A program made the translations under genes and the position numbers. The notes under the pieces are model-generated. The model was not told the DNA's origin and ran no database searches. It saw only the letters and a list, made by a program, of their open reading frames with translations. Shown here piece by piece: positions 1-9,061 of a stretch of 38,175 nucleotides of DNA. Numbering within the stretch: the stretch's first letter is position 1; every line of letters starts with the position of its first letter. The DNA is taken from NCBI GenBank assembly GCA_026396705.1, contig JAPLWE010000036.1:1-38175 (forward strand), read 5' to 3'. The stretch comes from Candidatus Gribaldobacteria bacterium (lineage in GTDB: Bacteria; Patescibacteriota; Minisyncoccia; Minisyncoccales; CG1-02-41-26).

Positions 1-543
1 TACCCTACGACTAGCCGAAGCTTTCCCCACGCCCAAATTGCCATATTGATCAAGCGACAACATTGAAACTCCAGTAGTAGAAGCAATGTTTAAACTATTA
101 ACGCCCGCTACTCCAGCAATAGCAAACTTAGCTGACGGAGTAGAAGTGCCAATGCCGACTGTAGCTGTGCCAGTATTAGCAATGAACAACGGAGTAAGGG
201 TTGGGGTAGTGCTTGTGCCAACTTGAAAACTACCATAAACATCTAATTTAGTGTAAGGGGTAGAGGTGCCAATACCCACATTGCCAGCCGAAATTAAACT
301 TTGGAAAGAAGCATTGCCAGTTCGGTCAATTTCCCAATTAGGAGTAGATATTCCAAAAAAACTATTGTTGATTAAATTATATTGATCAAGAGTTAAGCTT
401 CCAATTTGCATTCCCCTGCTAGCATTAAAATTTTGAGCAAAAACTGATTTCCACCGAGAGCCAGAACCATAATAAATATATGCCTGGCCATGCCCATTTT
501 CATTACCAACAAAAGCTCCATTAGCTCCAACCATTATATCCGC
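1..543 (-). CDS. Third segment of the giant surface-protein gene (end of FG-GAP blade 7 plus beta-fibre repeats); runs off the window edge
   Basis: Not in the ORF track. The minus frame 543->1 is open and reads ADIMVGANGAFVGNENGHGQAYIYYGSGSRWKSVFAQNFN...GNVGIGTSTPYTKLDV...TVGIGTSTPSAKFAI, the same GIGTSTP repeats as in 1213..5493. Confidence 0.8.
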
Positions 544-1240
544 TTCTACCAAAATAATCAAGGCATAAATAATCTGAATCAATGCCTAAATAATCTGTAA
601 ATGAAATATCAGCTGTGTTGTCCATACTTGCTCCACCATAATAAATATGTGCTTGACCTGCCCGACATTCTGGATTTGAAATACTCCATTGATTATTTCT
701 TGGCGAACCAACAATAACATCATCAAATCCATCACCATTCACATCCCCAGCTGCAGCAACACTTTCACCCAAATAATCTTTAGCTGCTGCTCCAGAAAAA
801 ACAACATCAACCGTATTATTCATACTTGCTCCACCATAATAAATATATGCTTTGCCTGCATTTGAATTTTTGTAAGGTGCTCCAACAATTATATCAGTAT
901 AGCCATCGCCATTCACATCCCCAGCCAATGAAAGAGCAGAGCCAAAATGATCATCAGCTACTTCTCCATTAATAGTAAGGTCTGCTGTATTATCAAGACC
1001 GGTCGCTGTGCCATAAAAAACAAACACTTGCCCGCTATCAATGCCACCTCCATTTCCATGGTAAGACCCAACAACCACATCAGCATAACCATCGCCATTC
1101 ACATCCCCAGCTGCCACAGTATCTCCAAAGTAACCATCAACTTCAGGAGTGGTTGCTGATAAAATCACATTCGCTGTATTACTAGGCCCGTTTGGCCCGC
1201 CGTAAAAAATCTCTACCCCCCCGCTATTAAAAACTCCGCC
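521..1240 (-). CDS. Second segment of the giant surface-protein gene: FG-GAP (integrin-alpha-like) repeats
   Basis: ORF 521..1168 has three GDVNGDG[YF]xD motifs. The frame stays open upstream to ~1240 (GGVFNSGGVEIFYGGPNGPSNTANVILS), directly continuing blade 3 of the upstream ORF. Confidence 0.85.
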   Translation of the reverse strand, partial: GGVFNSGGVEIFYGGPNGPSNTANVILSATTPEVDGYFGDTVAAGDVNGDGYADVVVGSYHGNGGGIDSGQVFVFYGTATGLDNTADLTINGEVADDHFGSALSLAGDVNGDGYTDIIVGAPYKNSNAGKAYIYYGGASMNNTVDVVFSGAAAKDYLGESVAAAGDVNGDGFDDVIVGSPRNNQWSISNPECRAGQAHIYYGGASMDNTADISFTDYLGIDSDYLCLDYFGRSGYNGWS

Positions 1241-4200
1241 AGAGCCCCAGCAATAATGTCTTGATAACCATCGCCATTAACATCAGCAACAGCTAAACTG
1301 CGAGCAAGCTGATCCCCATCGGCTGAACCATTTATAACAACATCAGCCACATTGTCCATTGCCGGCCCGCCGTAGTAAACATATATTTGGCCTCTTGCAG
1401 AACCTCCTCCAGCCGCAGCATAAGCTGAAACAATAGCATCCATATATCCATCGCCGTTTACATCGCCAGTAGCCACCGCTGTACCTAATAAATCGCCATT
1501 GTTTGCCCCGGTAAAAGTAATGTCGGCTGTGTTATCGGGACCAGTTGGCCCGCCGTAAAAAATATATGCTTGGCCTTTTTGAGTACCGCCCCCTTTAGCT
1601 AATTTTGCGGAGACAAGAACATCTTCATAGCCATCACCGTTAAAATCGCCATGGGCTAAAGAGTTGTAATAACCCAGATAATCAAATTGAACCAGCCCGT
1701 TGAATGTTACATCGGGCGTTGTGTCCATTGATACTGTGCCTAAATTATAGGCAAAGCTGGTTTCTGGTTTTATATTTCCTGCCACTTCTAATTTTTCTGT
1801 TGGAGTGCTTGTGCCAATGCCCACTAAACCAGCCGAAGTAATGTTAAAAAATGATGTTTCGGTGGAAGAAGCTACTCTAAATAAATCAGCAATTTGACCG
1901 GCCTTGCCTCGCACATCTAAAGAAATCACTGTAGTAGTGGAAGAATCATTTTGCATTAAAATGGACTGATTAAAATCAAATCTGTCCGCTATGCTGTCCC
2001 AAGTTAGCAAGGCATTGGGCACAACAGTGCCTCTAAAGAAAATTAAATTAGCTGTTTCGGTATCAGCCGTGGCGTTGTCCGCATTAATAACAAAATCATT
2101 GCTGTTTGTGCCCCCAATACTTGTAGAAGCAACGGACATATTATTAGCAACAATGCTATCAATATAAAGATTATCCCAGAAATAAGCAGCCGAGCCCAAA
2201 TTGCGCAATGCATTTTGATCAGGTATAAGATTAGAAGCCACCGCCGAATTGACTATTACATTAGTGGAAGAAGAAGCGCCAAAAACAACCGAGCTGCCCC
2301 CCACAAATAAATTACCAGTGGTAGTGGCGTTCCCCATAAAATAAGTATCGCCTTCAACCGTTAGTTTGGCTATGGGAGTGGTAGTGCCCACGCCCAACCG
2401 AGCGGTAGCGCTATCCCAAAAAAGATTACTATTATTTTGCGACAATAATCCACCGCTACCAACAAACGGCACTGATCCAGCAGTCAGAGCAGAAAAATAA
2501 GTATTACCAGCGATAACAAGTTGGCTAGCAGAAGTAACAGTTAAAGTAGAAGTGCCACTAACTATTAAATTACCAGAAATAACCGAATTGCCAGTAGTGG
2601 TGCTATTGCCGACAATTACAGTATTGCCAGTAATGGTGGTGCTGCCAGTTAAACTAATATCACCAGCGGTATTTATAGCCAAGCGAGCTGTTTCGCCTTG
2701 ATATAAAGTATAAGCCGAACTGGTGGCAAATTTTTCAAAGAGGTTATTAGCCGAGGACAATAAAATATCACCAGTAGTATCGGTTTTAATAGAAATCCCA
2801 TTACCCGTCAGATTTAATACGCCAACGGAAGCAAGAGTAGAAACGCCAGCCGATGAAACATTAGTTGTAAAATAATGAGAACTGTTGTAAGCCACTGTTA
2901 GTTGCGGTGAAGAAGTTGAAGTAATAACCATAGCCCCTCCGCTGGCTGTATTAAACACCAGGCCATTGAGAGTAAGATCGCCCGCGATATCAACATCTTT
3001 ATTAAAGGTTACATCAGCTAAAAATCCAGCAGAAGCGTTAACTGTTAAAAAGTCGCTGTCGGTTTTACCAAGTGTTGTAGAGCCACCTACTGATAATTCT
3101 CTAATACCAGACAAGCCGCTCACCCCCAATGTGTTAAAATCAGTTCCACCGCTAATTTGCAAACCAGTTGAGCCAATGTAAGCTGGAGCGGCAGAAACTA
3201 TTGAGTAAATTGGCGGAGTAGCTTGAATTTTAGTTAATAAATTGCGTAATTCTTCAAGGTCATTAACGCTAGCAGCTTTAGCGGCGTTTCTTTGCAATTC
3301 AGCAATCTGGGACCTGATTAAAACAAGAGAGCTTTCATCAATTCGCGCGATTTCTCTAATTGTATTTATGCTAGCATTTTGCGATAAAGCGCCTTTTTCA
3401 ATTATCCCGCTGATTATTTCTTTGGGCGCTAATTCTTTTGGCGTTAATTGAGCAATCATTTCTTCGGCTGCTGAAGTGGTTGTGGGAATAATTTGACCAA
3501 CTGGAGCATTCACGACAGCGGTCTTAACCAATTGTTGAGTTGCCTTTTCTCGCCAAGGCATAGTAATAAATTCATAGCCCTTGGCCAGCCCTTCGCTTGT
3601 TCGATTATATATACTATATGTAAGAGAACGCAAAGCCCCCGCGGCATCCCCTATTCCTTCAACAATTTTATCGCCGATAGCATTGCCACTGATTTGAGCG
3701 CTATCCCAAGCAATTTGCGAGGTAGCCCGCAAGCTCTGCGAAGTTAAGCTGGTAAAAAATTTAATCTTTTGGAAGAAAGTTAAAGAAAACTCATCAGCCT
3801 TATTAGTAGAGCCAATCATTAGCCAAGCCATCCCCTGCTGAACATTTTCTAATAAATTAGCGCTAAAATTATCAATGTTATTTGCCAATTGATCGCCCCG
3901 CTGATTAACTCCAGCAGTAACCGCTCGCCAATTATCTTGCCAATTATTTTGACCAGCTGCCCAATAATTCCCTACTTTATTTTCAATGTTAGCTTGCAAT
4001 CCATCTATTGTTACTAAAACTATTTTACCAGTGGCGTTTAATTGCTCAATCCAAGCTGAAAAACTCAAAGAAATGTCATTCCGAGCCTTGGCGAGGAATC
4101 TCTGGCAATCAACTGCCGCTTGATCAAATAATTTATTAATTTCTTGTTCTCCAAAAACTAAAGCTTGACTGACAACATAATTTTTATCATTAAAAATACT

Positions 4201-5493
4201 TAACTGATTATAAACTTCATTGACAATCACCTCTTTAACTTTATTAAAATCTACATCTACCCGCCAGCCATCTGATATTAACTTAGACTCTTGAAAAGTT
4301 CTTTCTAATTCATATTGACGATTTTTAATTTCAACCCTCACAACATCTTGCAAAACAAAAAATGACTGTTTAAATAATTTACCAATTGCTGGCGCTTTTT
4401 TTAGAAAATTAACTACTTGATAATTTTTAGGAGCTTCATCAAGCGCCACTTGACTAACATGAACAAAAAATTGATAAACCCCCTCTTTGAACTCTTTTTG
4501 AACCATAGCCATTGAAACAATAATTTTGTTTATATCATGCCGAGAAAAATCCCCTGCTTTTCCTTCAATATAATTTTCTATATTTTCTGTAGCTAATATA
4601 GTATCAACTAAATCAGCGTAAACAAGTTGTTTTTCTTTTTGGAAAAAGTTGCTAGTAGATGAAATAAAATTTTGAAATTCATTTTGCGCAATAACTTGCA
4701 AAGCAAATTTCTGCTCACCTAAAAATCTAGTAAAATCATTGGTAGTGGTATTTAATTGTTCGCCGAAAAAAGATAAATCATTATTCGCTTTTTCTTTTGA
4801 TACTTCATAGACATTTTGTAGACTTTTAAGCGCTGTTTTTTTAGCTGCCTGTTGTAAATCATTAATATAAGGGAAACCAAAAACTAACCCAGCTGAACAA
4901 AAAATTAAGATAGTGGCAGCTAGTAAAACAGCGCTTTGCTTTTTAAGTAGTTGCAAAGTAGAATAAAAATTATTTTTTAAATTAATTGCTGGCGAGAAAA
5001 TTTTTTGTTGTAGGAAAGCGCCGAATACTTGAGAAATTTTTTGCTTATTATCAACATTGTTTTTATATTCATCAATCCATTCTTTAGCAATCAACCAGTT
5101 GCGACCAATCTTGACCGCCTTAAGCTTGCCTTGTCTAGCTCTCAAACTTAGATACTCTTGCGAATAACCGCTATAATTTTCTAACTCACTCAACGAAAAA
5201 AGCTTTAGAGCTGTTGCAGTTGATTTCTTTTGACGCAAACTATTGGCTATTATTTCCGTTGACGATTTTGTATCGGATAAAGCATGCCCGCCAACTTCGC
5301 CATTGCCATTGAACACAGCAATATACTCCTCAACCCACTCTTTTTTGGTGAGCCAGTTGCGACCAATCTTGACCGCCTTAAGCTTGCCTTGTCTAGCGCG
5401 CAAACTTAAATATTCCTGAGAGTACTCAGTATATTTTTCCGCGGCCTCGGTGAGCGATATATATTTGTTTGTCTTGATTTCTTCGCTTGTCAT
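1213..5493 (-). CDS. Giant surface/adhesin-like protein, first segment: 2x excisionase-like HTH, TM helix, helical stalk, beta-fibre repeats, FG-GAP repeats (gene interrupted by a frameshift)
   Basis: 1426-aa ORF with a duplicated YSQEYLSLRARQGKLKAVKIGRNW HTH, the hydrophobic segment AVLLAATILIFCSAGLVFGFP, G/T/S-rich repeats (LGVGTTTP, VGIGTSTP) and three DxNGDGY motifs at the end. Confidence 0.85.
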   Translation of the reverse strand: MTSEEIKTNKYISLTEAAEKYTEYSQEYLSLRARQGKLKAVKIGRNWLTKKEWVEEYIAVFNGNGEVGGHALSDTKSSTEIIANSLRQKKSTATALKLFSLSELENYSGYSQEYLSLRARQGKLKAVKIGRNWLIAKEWIDEYKNNVDNKQKISQVFGAFLQQKIFSPAINLKNNFYSTLQLLKKQSAVLLAATILIFCSAGLVFGFPYINDLQQAAKKTALKSLQNVYEVSKEKANNDLSFFGEQLNTTTNDFTRFLGEQKFALQVIAQNEFQNFISSTSNFFQKEKQLVYADLVDTILATENIENYIEGKAGDFSRHDINKIIVSMAMVQKEFKEGVYQFFVHVSQVALDEAPKNYQVVNFLKKAPAIGKLFKQSFFVLQDVVRVEIKNRQYELERTFQESKLISDGWRVDVDFNKVKEVIVNEVYNQLSIFNDKNYVVSQALVFGEQEINKLFDQAAVDCQRFLAKARNDISLSFSAWIEQLNATGKIVLVTIDGLQANIENKVGNYWAAGQNNWQDNWRAVTAGVNQRGDQLANNIDNFSANLLENVQQGMAWLMIGSTNKADEFSLTFFQKIKFFTSLTSQSLRATSQIAWDSAQISGNAIGDKIVEGIGDAAGALRSLTYSIYNRTSEGLAKGYEFITMPWREKATQQLVKTAVVNAPVGQIIPTTTSAAEEMIAQLTPKELAPKEIISGIIEKGALSQNASINTIREIARIDESSLVLIRSQIAELQRNAAKAASVNDLEELRNLLTKIQATPPIYSIVSAAPAYIGSTGLQISGGTDFNTLGVSGLSGIRELSVGGSTTLGKTDSDFLTVNASAGFLADVTFNKDVDIAGDLTLNGLVFNTASGGAMVITSTSSPQLTVAYNSSHYFTTNVSSAGVSTLASVGVLNLTGNGISIKTDTTGDILLSSANNLFEKFATSSAYTLYQGETARLAINTAGDISLTGSTTITGNTVIVGNSTTTGNSVISGNLIVSGTSTLTVTSASQLVIAGNTYFSALTAGSVPFVGSGGLLSQNNSNLFWDSATARLGVGTTTPIAKLTVEGDTYFMGNATTTGNLFVGGSSVVFGASSSTNVIVNSAVASNLIPDQNALRNLGSAAYFWDNLYIDSIVANNMSVASTSIGGTNSNDFVINADNATADTETANLIFFRGTVVPNALLTWDSIADRFDFNQSILMQNDSSTTTVISLDVRGKAGQIADLFRVASSTETSFFNITSAGLVGIGTSTPTEKLEVAGNIKPETSFAYNLGTVSMDTTPDVTFNGLVQFDYLGYYNSLAHGDFNGDGYEDVLVSAKLAKGGGTQKGQAYIFYGGPTGPDNTADITFTGANNGDLLGTAVATGDVNGDGYMDAIVSAYAAAGGGSARGQIYVYYGGPAMDNVADVVINGSADGDQLARSLAVADVNGDGYQDIIAGALAEFLIAGG
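5095..5397. repeat. 45-bp exact direct repeat (5095-5139 and 5353-5397) encoding the duplicated HTH core
   Basis: ccagttgcgaccaatcttgaccgccttaagcttgccttgtctagc occurs twice. Confidence 0.9.
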
Positions 5494-5533
5494 CGTAATC
5501 CGATATTGGATAAAAGATATCTAAACTAGATTA

Positions 5534-5572
5534 ATTATAACTTACATCTATAGCTATTCAACCTGTGGATAA
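5534..5572 (-). promoter_or_regulatory. Sigma70-type promoter of the giant gene with an adjacent consensus DnaA box
   Basis: Minus strand TTGAAT(5561-5556)-N16-TATAAT(5539-5534); TTATCCACA at 5572-5564. Confidence 0.55.
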
Positions 5573-5580
5573 CTTCCACC

Positions 5581-5603
5581 AATAAAAAACTCCCTTGCGG
5601 GAG
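5581..5603 (-). terminator. Intrinsic terminator after tRNA-Gln
   Basis: Minus strand CTCCC-GCAA-GGGAG followed by TTTTTTATT. Confidence 0.75.
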
Positions 5604-5610
5604 AATTAGA

Positions 5611-5684
5611 TGGCTGCGGGGCTAGGATTCGAACCTAGATTTCCACGTCCAGAGCGTGAAGTGCTACCATTGCACCACCCCGCA
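5611..5684 (-). tRNA. tRNA-Gln(CTG)
   Basis: Cloverleaf TGCGGGG...CCCCGCA-G-CCA; anticodon arm TCACG-CT-CTG-GA-CGTGG; T-arm GGTTCGAATCC; CCA encoded. Confidence 0.95.
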
Positions 5685-5701
5685 TATCGGTTAGACAATG
5701 C

Positions 5702-6619
5702 TTACGCTTTTAAGCGTTTACGCATTACCAAAAAGGTTGCTGCTACGCCAAGCAACAAGACAAAGGCTAATTGGCTGACAAAAATAAGCAAAAAATTATG
5801 CAAAAAATAGTCAAAAACATTAAAACCCAAAAGCCAGCTACCAGCTTTTAAGTTAAAAAAATAAATTCCTATCCCAGATAAGAGGTCAACTGTTAAAACG
5901 GCAAATAAACCATAAAAAATAGTTTGCGCTATAAAAGGCCCTCTCACAAACCAATTACTGGCTCCCACTAATTTCATGGTAGCAATTTCCTCCTGTAAAA
6001 TCGCAAAAGTAAGATTAATAATATTTGATGTAATCACAATCACTAAAAGCCCCAAAAGAATTGCCACTATTATGCCCATAATCCTAATAGCCCTTAAAAT
6101 CGCAAATAACCGTTCAACAGCCTGTTTGTTTTTAGGCTGTTCATAAGAAATCTTTTCTATCATATCCTTATTAGCCTCATTGCTAAAAAAATCAGAAATT
6201 TTCGCATAATAAGCCGGATCTTCAGAATAAACATTCAATGAAGATAAAAAAGGATTCACCTCAATTTCGTCCAAAGCGTTTAAGTAAAGGGGATCATCTT
6301 GATGCTCTTGCTTAAAAAGAGATAAAGCCTCATCTGAGGAGACATAATCAATGCGTTTAATTTTATCCGAAAATAAAGCAATTTGGTCTCTAGCTTTTAA
6401 GATATCCTGTTCGGAAATATCAGCCTTAAAATAAATAGAAATATCAACCTTTTTTTCAATTTCAGTTAATAAAGTCAAGCCGATGCCTCGCGCCACAAAA
6501 AAAGAGGCAACAAAAAATACAGCCACCGCCATAATAAAAATCACCTGAAAGCTTAAACCCTTGTTGCGACTAAAGCTCTGCCAAGCTAAATGAATAATTC
6601 TTTTAAGATTTAACCACAT
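5702..6619 (-). CDS. ftsX: Cell division permease FtsX
   Basis: 305 aa, 4-TM layout, EEIATMKLVGASNWFVRGPF motif, directly downstream of ftsE. Confidence 0.9.
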   Translation of the reverse strand: MWLNLKRIIHLAWQSFSRNKGLSFQVIFIMAVAVFFVASFFVARGIGLTLLTEIEKKVDISIYFKADISEQDILKARDQIALFSDKIKRIDYVSSDEALSLFKQEHQDDPLYLNALDEIEVNPFLSSLNVYSEDPAYYAKISDFFSNEANKDMIEKISYEQPKNKQAVERLFAILRAIRIMGIIVAILLGLLVIVITSNIINLTFAILQEEIATMKLVGASNWFVRGPFIAQTIFYGLFAVLTVDLLSGIGIYFFNLKAGSWLLGFNVFDYFLHNFLLIFVSQLAFVLLLGVAATFLVMRKRLKA

Positions 6620-6645
6620 ATAATTAATTATTAAATTATTGATTA

Positions 6646-7335
6646 TTAAAGAATAAATCTACCTTGCGCTTCGTCAGAAATAATTTTACCTTGTTCTAAA
6701 GTAATTACTCGCTTTTTTAAACCATCAACAATTTCTTTGTCATGAGTAGCTAAAATAATAGTCGCGCCCAGCTGGCTGATTTTTTTTAATAAGTTAACCA
6801 CCTCATAAGTATTGTATAAATCCAAATTGCCAGTTGGTTCATCAGCCACAATGAGCTCTGGCCGATGGATAAGAGCTCGAGCAATGGCCAAGCGTTGCTT
6901 TTCACCGCCAGATAATTCCTGCGGAAAGCTACAAGCCCTTGATTCTAGACCCACAATGTCCAAAACCTGCTCTACATCTCTCCTGATATCAGTATCGGAT
7001 ATCCCGATAACCTGCATAACATAGCTTAAGTTTTCAAAAACTGTTTTTCCGTGCAATAATTTATAGTCCTGAAAAACAACGCCTATTTTTCGGCGCATCT
7101 TCTGTAAGGTGTTTGAAGGAATATTATGCACATCTACTTCTTTAAAAAAAACTTGGCCTTCACTAGGCTTCTCGTGGCCAGTCAAAAGCTTAATCAAAGT
7201 TGTCTTACCAGCTCCGGATTTACCTACGACACAAACAAACTCACCTTCTTTAATGGAAAAAGAGATATCTCGCACCGCTACAATAGGCTCAATGGAGTTA
7301 TTATAAATTTTAGTAACATTTTGAAATTGAATCAT
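6646..7335 (-). CDS. ftsE: Cell division ATP-binding protein FtsE
   Basis: Walker [36 protein letters not shown]; prfB-ftsE-ftsX order. Confidence 0.92.
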   Translation of the reverse strand: MIQFQNVTKIYNNSIEPIVAVRDISFSIKEGEFVCVVGKSGAGKTTLIKLLTGHEKPSEGQVFFKEVDVHNIPSNTLQKMRRKIGVVFQDYKLLHGKTVFENLSYVMQVIGISDTDIRRDVEQVLDIVGLESRACSFPQELSGGEKQRLAIARALIHRPELIVADEPTGNLDLYNTYEVVNLLKKISQLGATIILATHDKEIVDGLKKRVITLEQGKIISDEAQGRFIL

Positions 7336-7344
7336 ATAAAATAC

Positions 7345-8356
7345 TTACAATTTTAACTCTTCCTCTAAAAAATCATCAATTTTTCCGCTTAAAACACCAT
7401 CAATATCAGAGGTCTCTAAACCAGTTCGGTGATCTTTAACTAATTTATAAGGATGAACCACATAAGATCTAATTTGTCGGCCGAAATCAGCTGTTTGTTT
7501 TTTACCACCATCTATTAGAAGCTTTGTTTTGTCGCGTTCAGCGCTAAGTTCTTGGCTTCTGGCTATTTCGTGTTTAGCTGCTATCTTAGCTACCAATACA
7601 GCCAAAGCAATTTTCCTGTTCATGGCCTGCGTCCGCTCTACCTGGCAAGACGCTTGCAAGCCAGTTGGCAGATGAGTTATCCTAACAGCTGTTTCTCGCT
7701 TATTAACATTTTGCCCGCCATGCCCCGCTGACCGGAATGTTTCTAATTTTAAGTCATCTGGTTTGATGCCCGCATCATATTCTTTATCCGATATCTGTGG
7801 TATTACTTCAACCTGCGCAAAAGAAGTTTGCCGTAATTGTTTATTTGAGAAAGGAGATATTCGCACTAAACGATGAGCGCCAGCTTCTCTCTTCAAAAAA
7901 CCATAAACAAACTCTCCTTCAATAGCCAATGATACCTCTTTGATGCCAATTCTACCCTCTGGGCCTCCACCTTCGGCAAAATTTTGCGATAAAATCCGAT
8001 AATGCCAATTCTTACTTTCACAATACTTCTGATACATTTTCAATAAAAGCGTCACCCAATCTTCCGCATCCCTGCCACCAGTGCCTGCCTTAATAGTAAG
8101 AATAACCGAACACTTATCATATTTACCACTTAAAAATATCCTCTTTTTATTCTCCCGCAACTCTACTTCTAAAGAATAAATTTTTACTAAAAAGCTTTCT
8201 TTATCTTCGGCTGTTTTAATTAAATCCAAATCAAGCATTTCTTTCAAATCGGCAATTTCTTTCGTAAAAAAATCAAAGCGTTCTTTGTCAAAGATATTGC
8301 TCCATTGTCTGGAGCTCTTTAGCGATATTGTTCAGTTGTCCAGTGTAGTTTTTCAT
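7345..8356 (-). CDS. prfB: Peptide chain release factor 2 with programmed +1 frameshift (join 8356-8291, 8289-7345; 336 aa)
   Basis: SPF and GGQ motifs. An upstream 22-codon ORF MKNYTGQLNNIAKELQTMEQYL ends in the canonical CTT TGA C (8293-8287), and the +1 frame continues DKERFDFF into the long ORF. Confidence 0.93.
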
Positions 8357-8410
8357 AACTTTCTTTTTGTAACCATATCAAATATAGCACTTTTTGTTAA
8401 GAAAAAAAAG

Positions 8411-8483
8411 AGCCACCTCCCGGAATCGAACCGGGGACACATCGCTTACGAAGCGATTGCTCTGCCTACTGAGCTAAGGTGGC
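8411..8483 (-). tRNA. tRNA-Thr(CGT)
   Basis: GCCACCT acceptor stem; anticodon arm ATCGC-TT-CGT-AA-GCGAT; GGTTCGATTCC; no encoded CCA. Confidence 0.95.
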
Positions 8484-8504
8484 AAGATAATCAAAACTAA
8501 CTTT

Positions 8505-8575
8505 AGCGAGTGAGGGGAATCGAACCCCCATCTATTCCTTGGGAAGGAATTATTCTGCCACTGAACCACACTCGC
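8505..8575 (-). tRNA. tRNA-Gly(CCC)
   Basis: GCGAGTG/CACTCGC acceptor stem; anticodon arm ATTCC-TT-CCC-AA-GGAAT; U discriminator; no encoded CCA. Confidence 0.95.
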
Positions 8576-8577
8576 GA

Positions 8578-8934
8578 CTACTTCAACTTATCTTTGATTT
8601 TTTGTAAAAGCCCTTCTGTTTTATCAACTTCTTCTTCTAATTTTTCGGGAAAGGCCACAACATTCTCTCCCGGCTTCATTAAATTTAATTGTTCTCTGGC
8701 CATTTTTTCTAGATAATCAGGAGAGCTTTCTATGGCTGGCTGATTAGCTGTTTTACTGGCTACTTCCAACTTATTTTTTAAGTCGCGCAAATTGTTTTCA
8801 AGAGCGCTTCTTTTATGAGCTAATTCAATATTGCCAAAGACCAAACCAATCACAAAAACTGATAAGCCAAAAACTAATAAGACCCAATAAAACTTTTTAT
8901 GTGGTTTTGATTTGAATTTTAATGATTTTTGCAT
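8578..8934 (-). CDS. Septum formation initiator (FtsB/DivIC family)
   Basis: 118 aa; single TM helix, coiled coil, YLEKMAREQLNLMKPGE motif. Confidence 0.85.
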   Translation of the reverse strand: MQKSLKFKSKPHKKFYWVLLVFGLSVFVIGLVFGNIELAHKRSALENNLRDLKNKLEVASKTANQPAIESSPDYLEKMAREQLNLMKPGENVVAFPEKLEEEVDKTEGLLQKIKDKLK

Positions 8935-8962
8935 TACAATAAATTAACACAAAATAACAAAA

Positions 8963-9058
8963 ATGAAAACAAAAAAGATATTCAAAATAATCTGGGCTGT
9001 TTTAATTTCTTTAATAGCTTTTTCTATGGTAGCTTCTTTATTGTGGCCACTATTCTAA
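8963..9058 (+). CDS. 31-aa single-pass membrane microprotein
   Basis: ATG..TAA ORF MKTKKIFKIIWAVLISLIAFSMVASLLWPLF fills the intergenic gap; basic N-terminus followed by a TM helix. Confidence 0.65.
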   Translation: MKTKKIFKIIWAVLISLIAFSMVASLLWPLF

Positions 9059-9061
9059 TTA

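Noticed and set aside
5564-5572. DnaA box as an oriC marker
   Set aside because: It is a single box with no cluster, no dnaA/dnaN nearby and no switch in gene strand bias.
5610-8716. + strand ORFs 5610..5810, 8285..8500 and 8510..8716
   Set aside because: They are antisense translations of tRNA genes.
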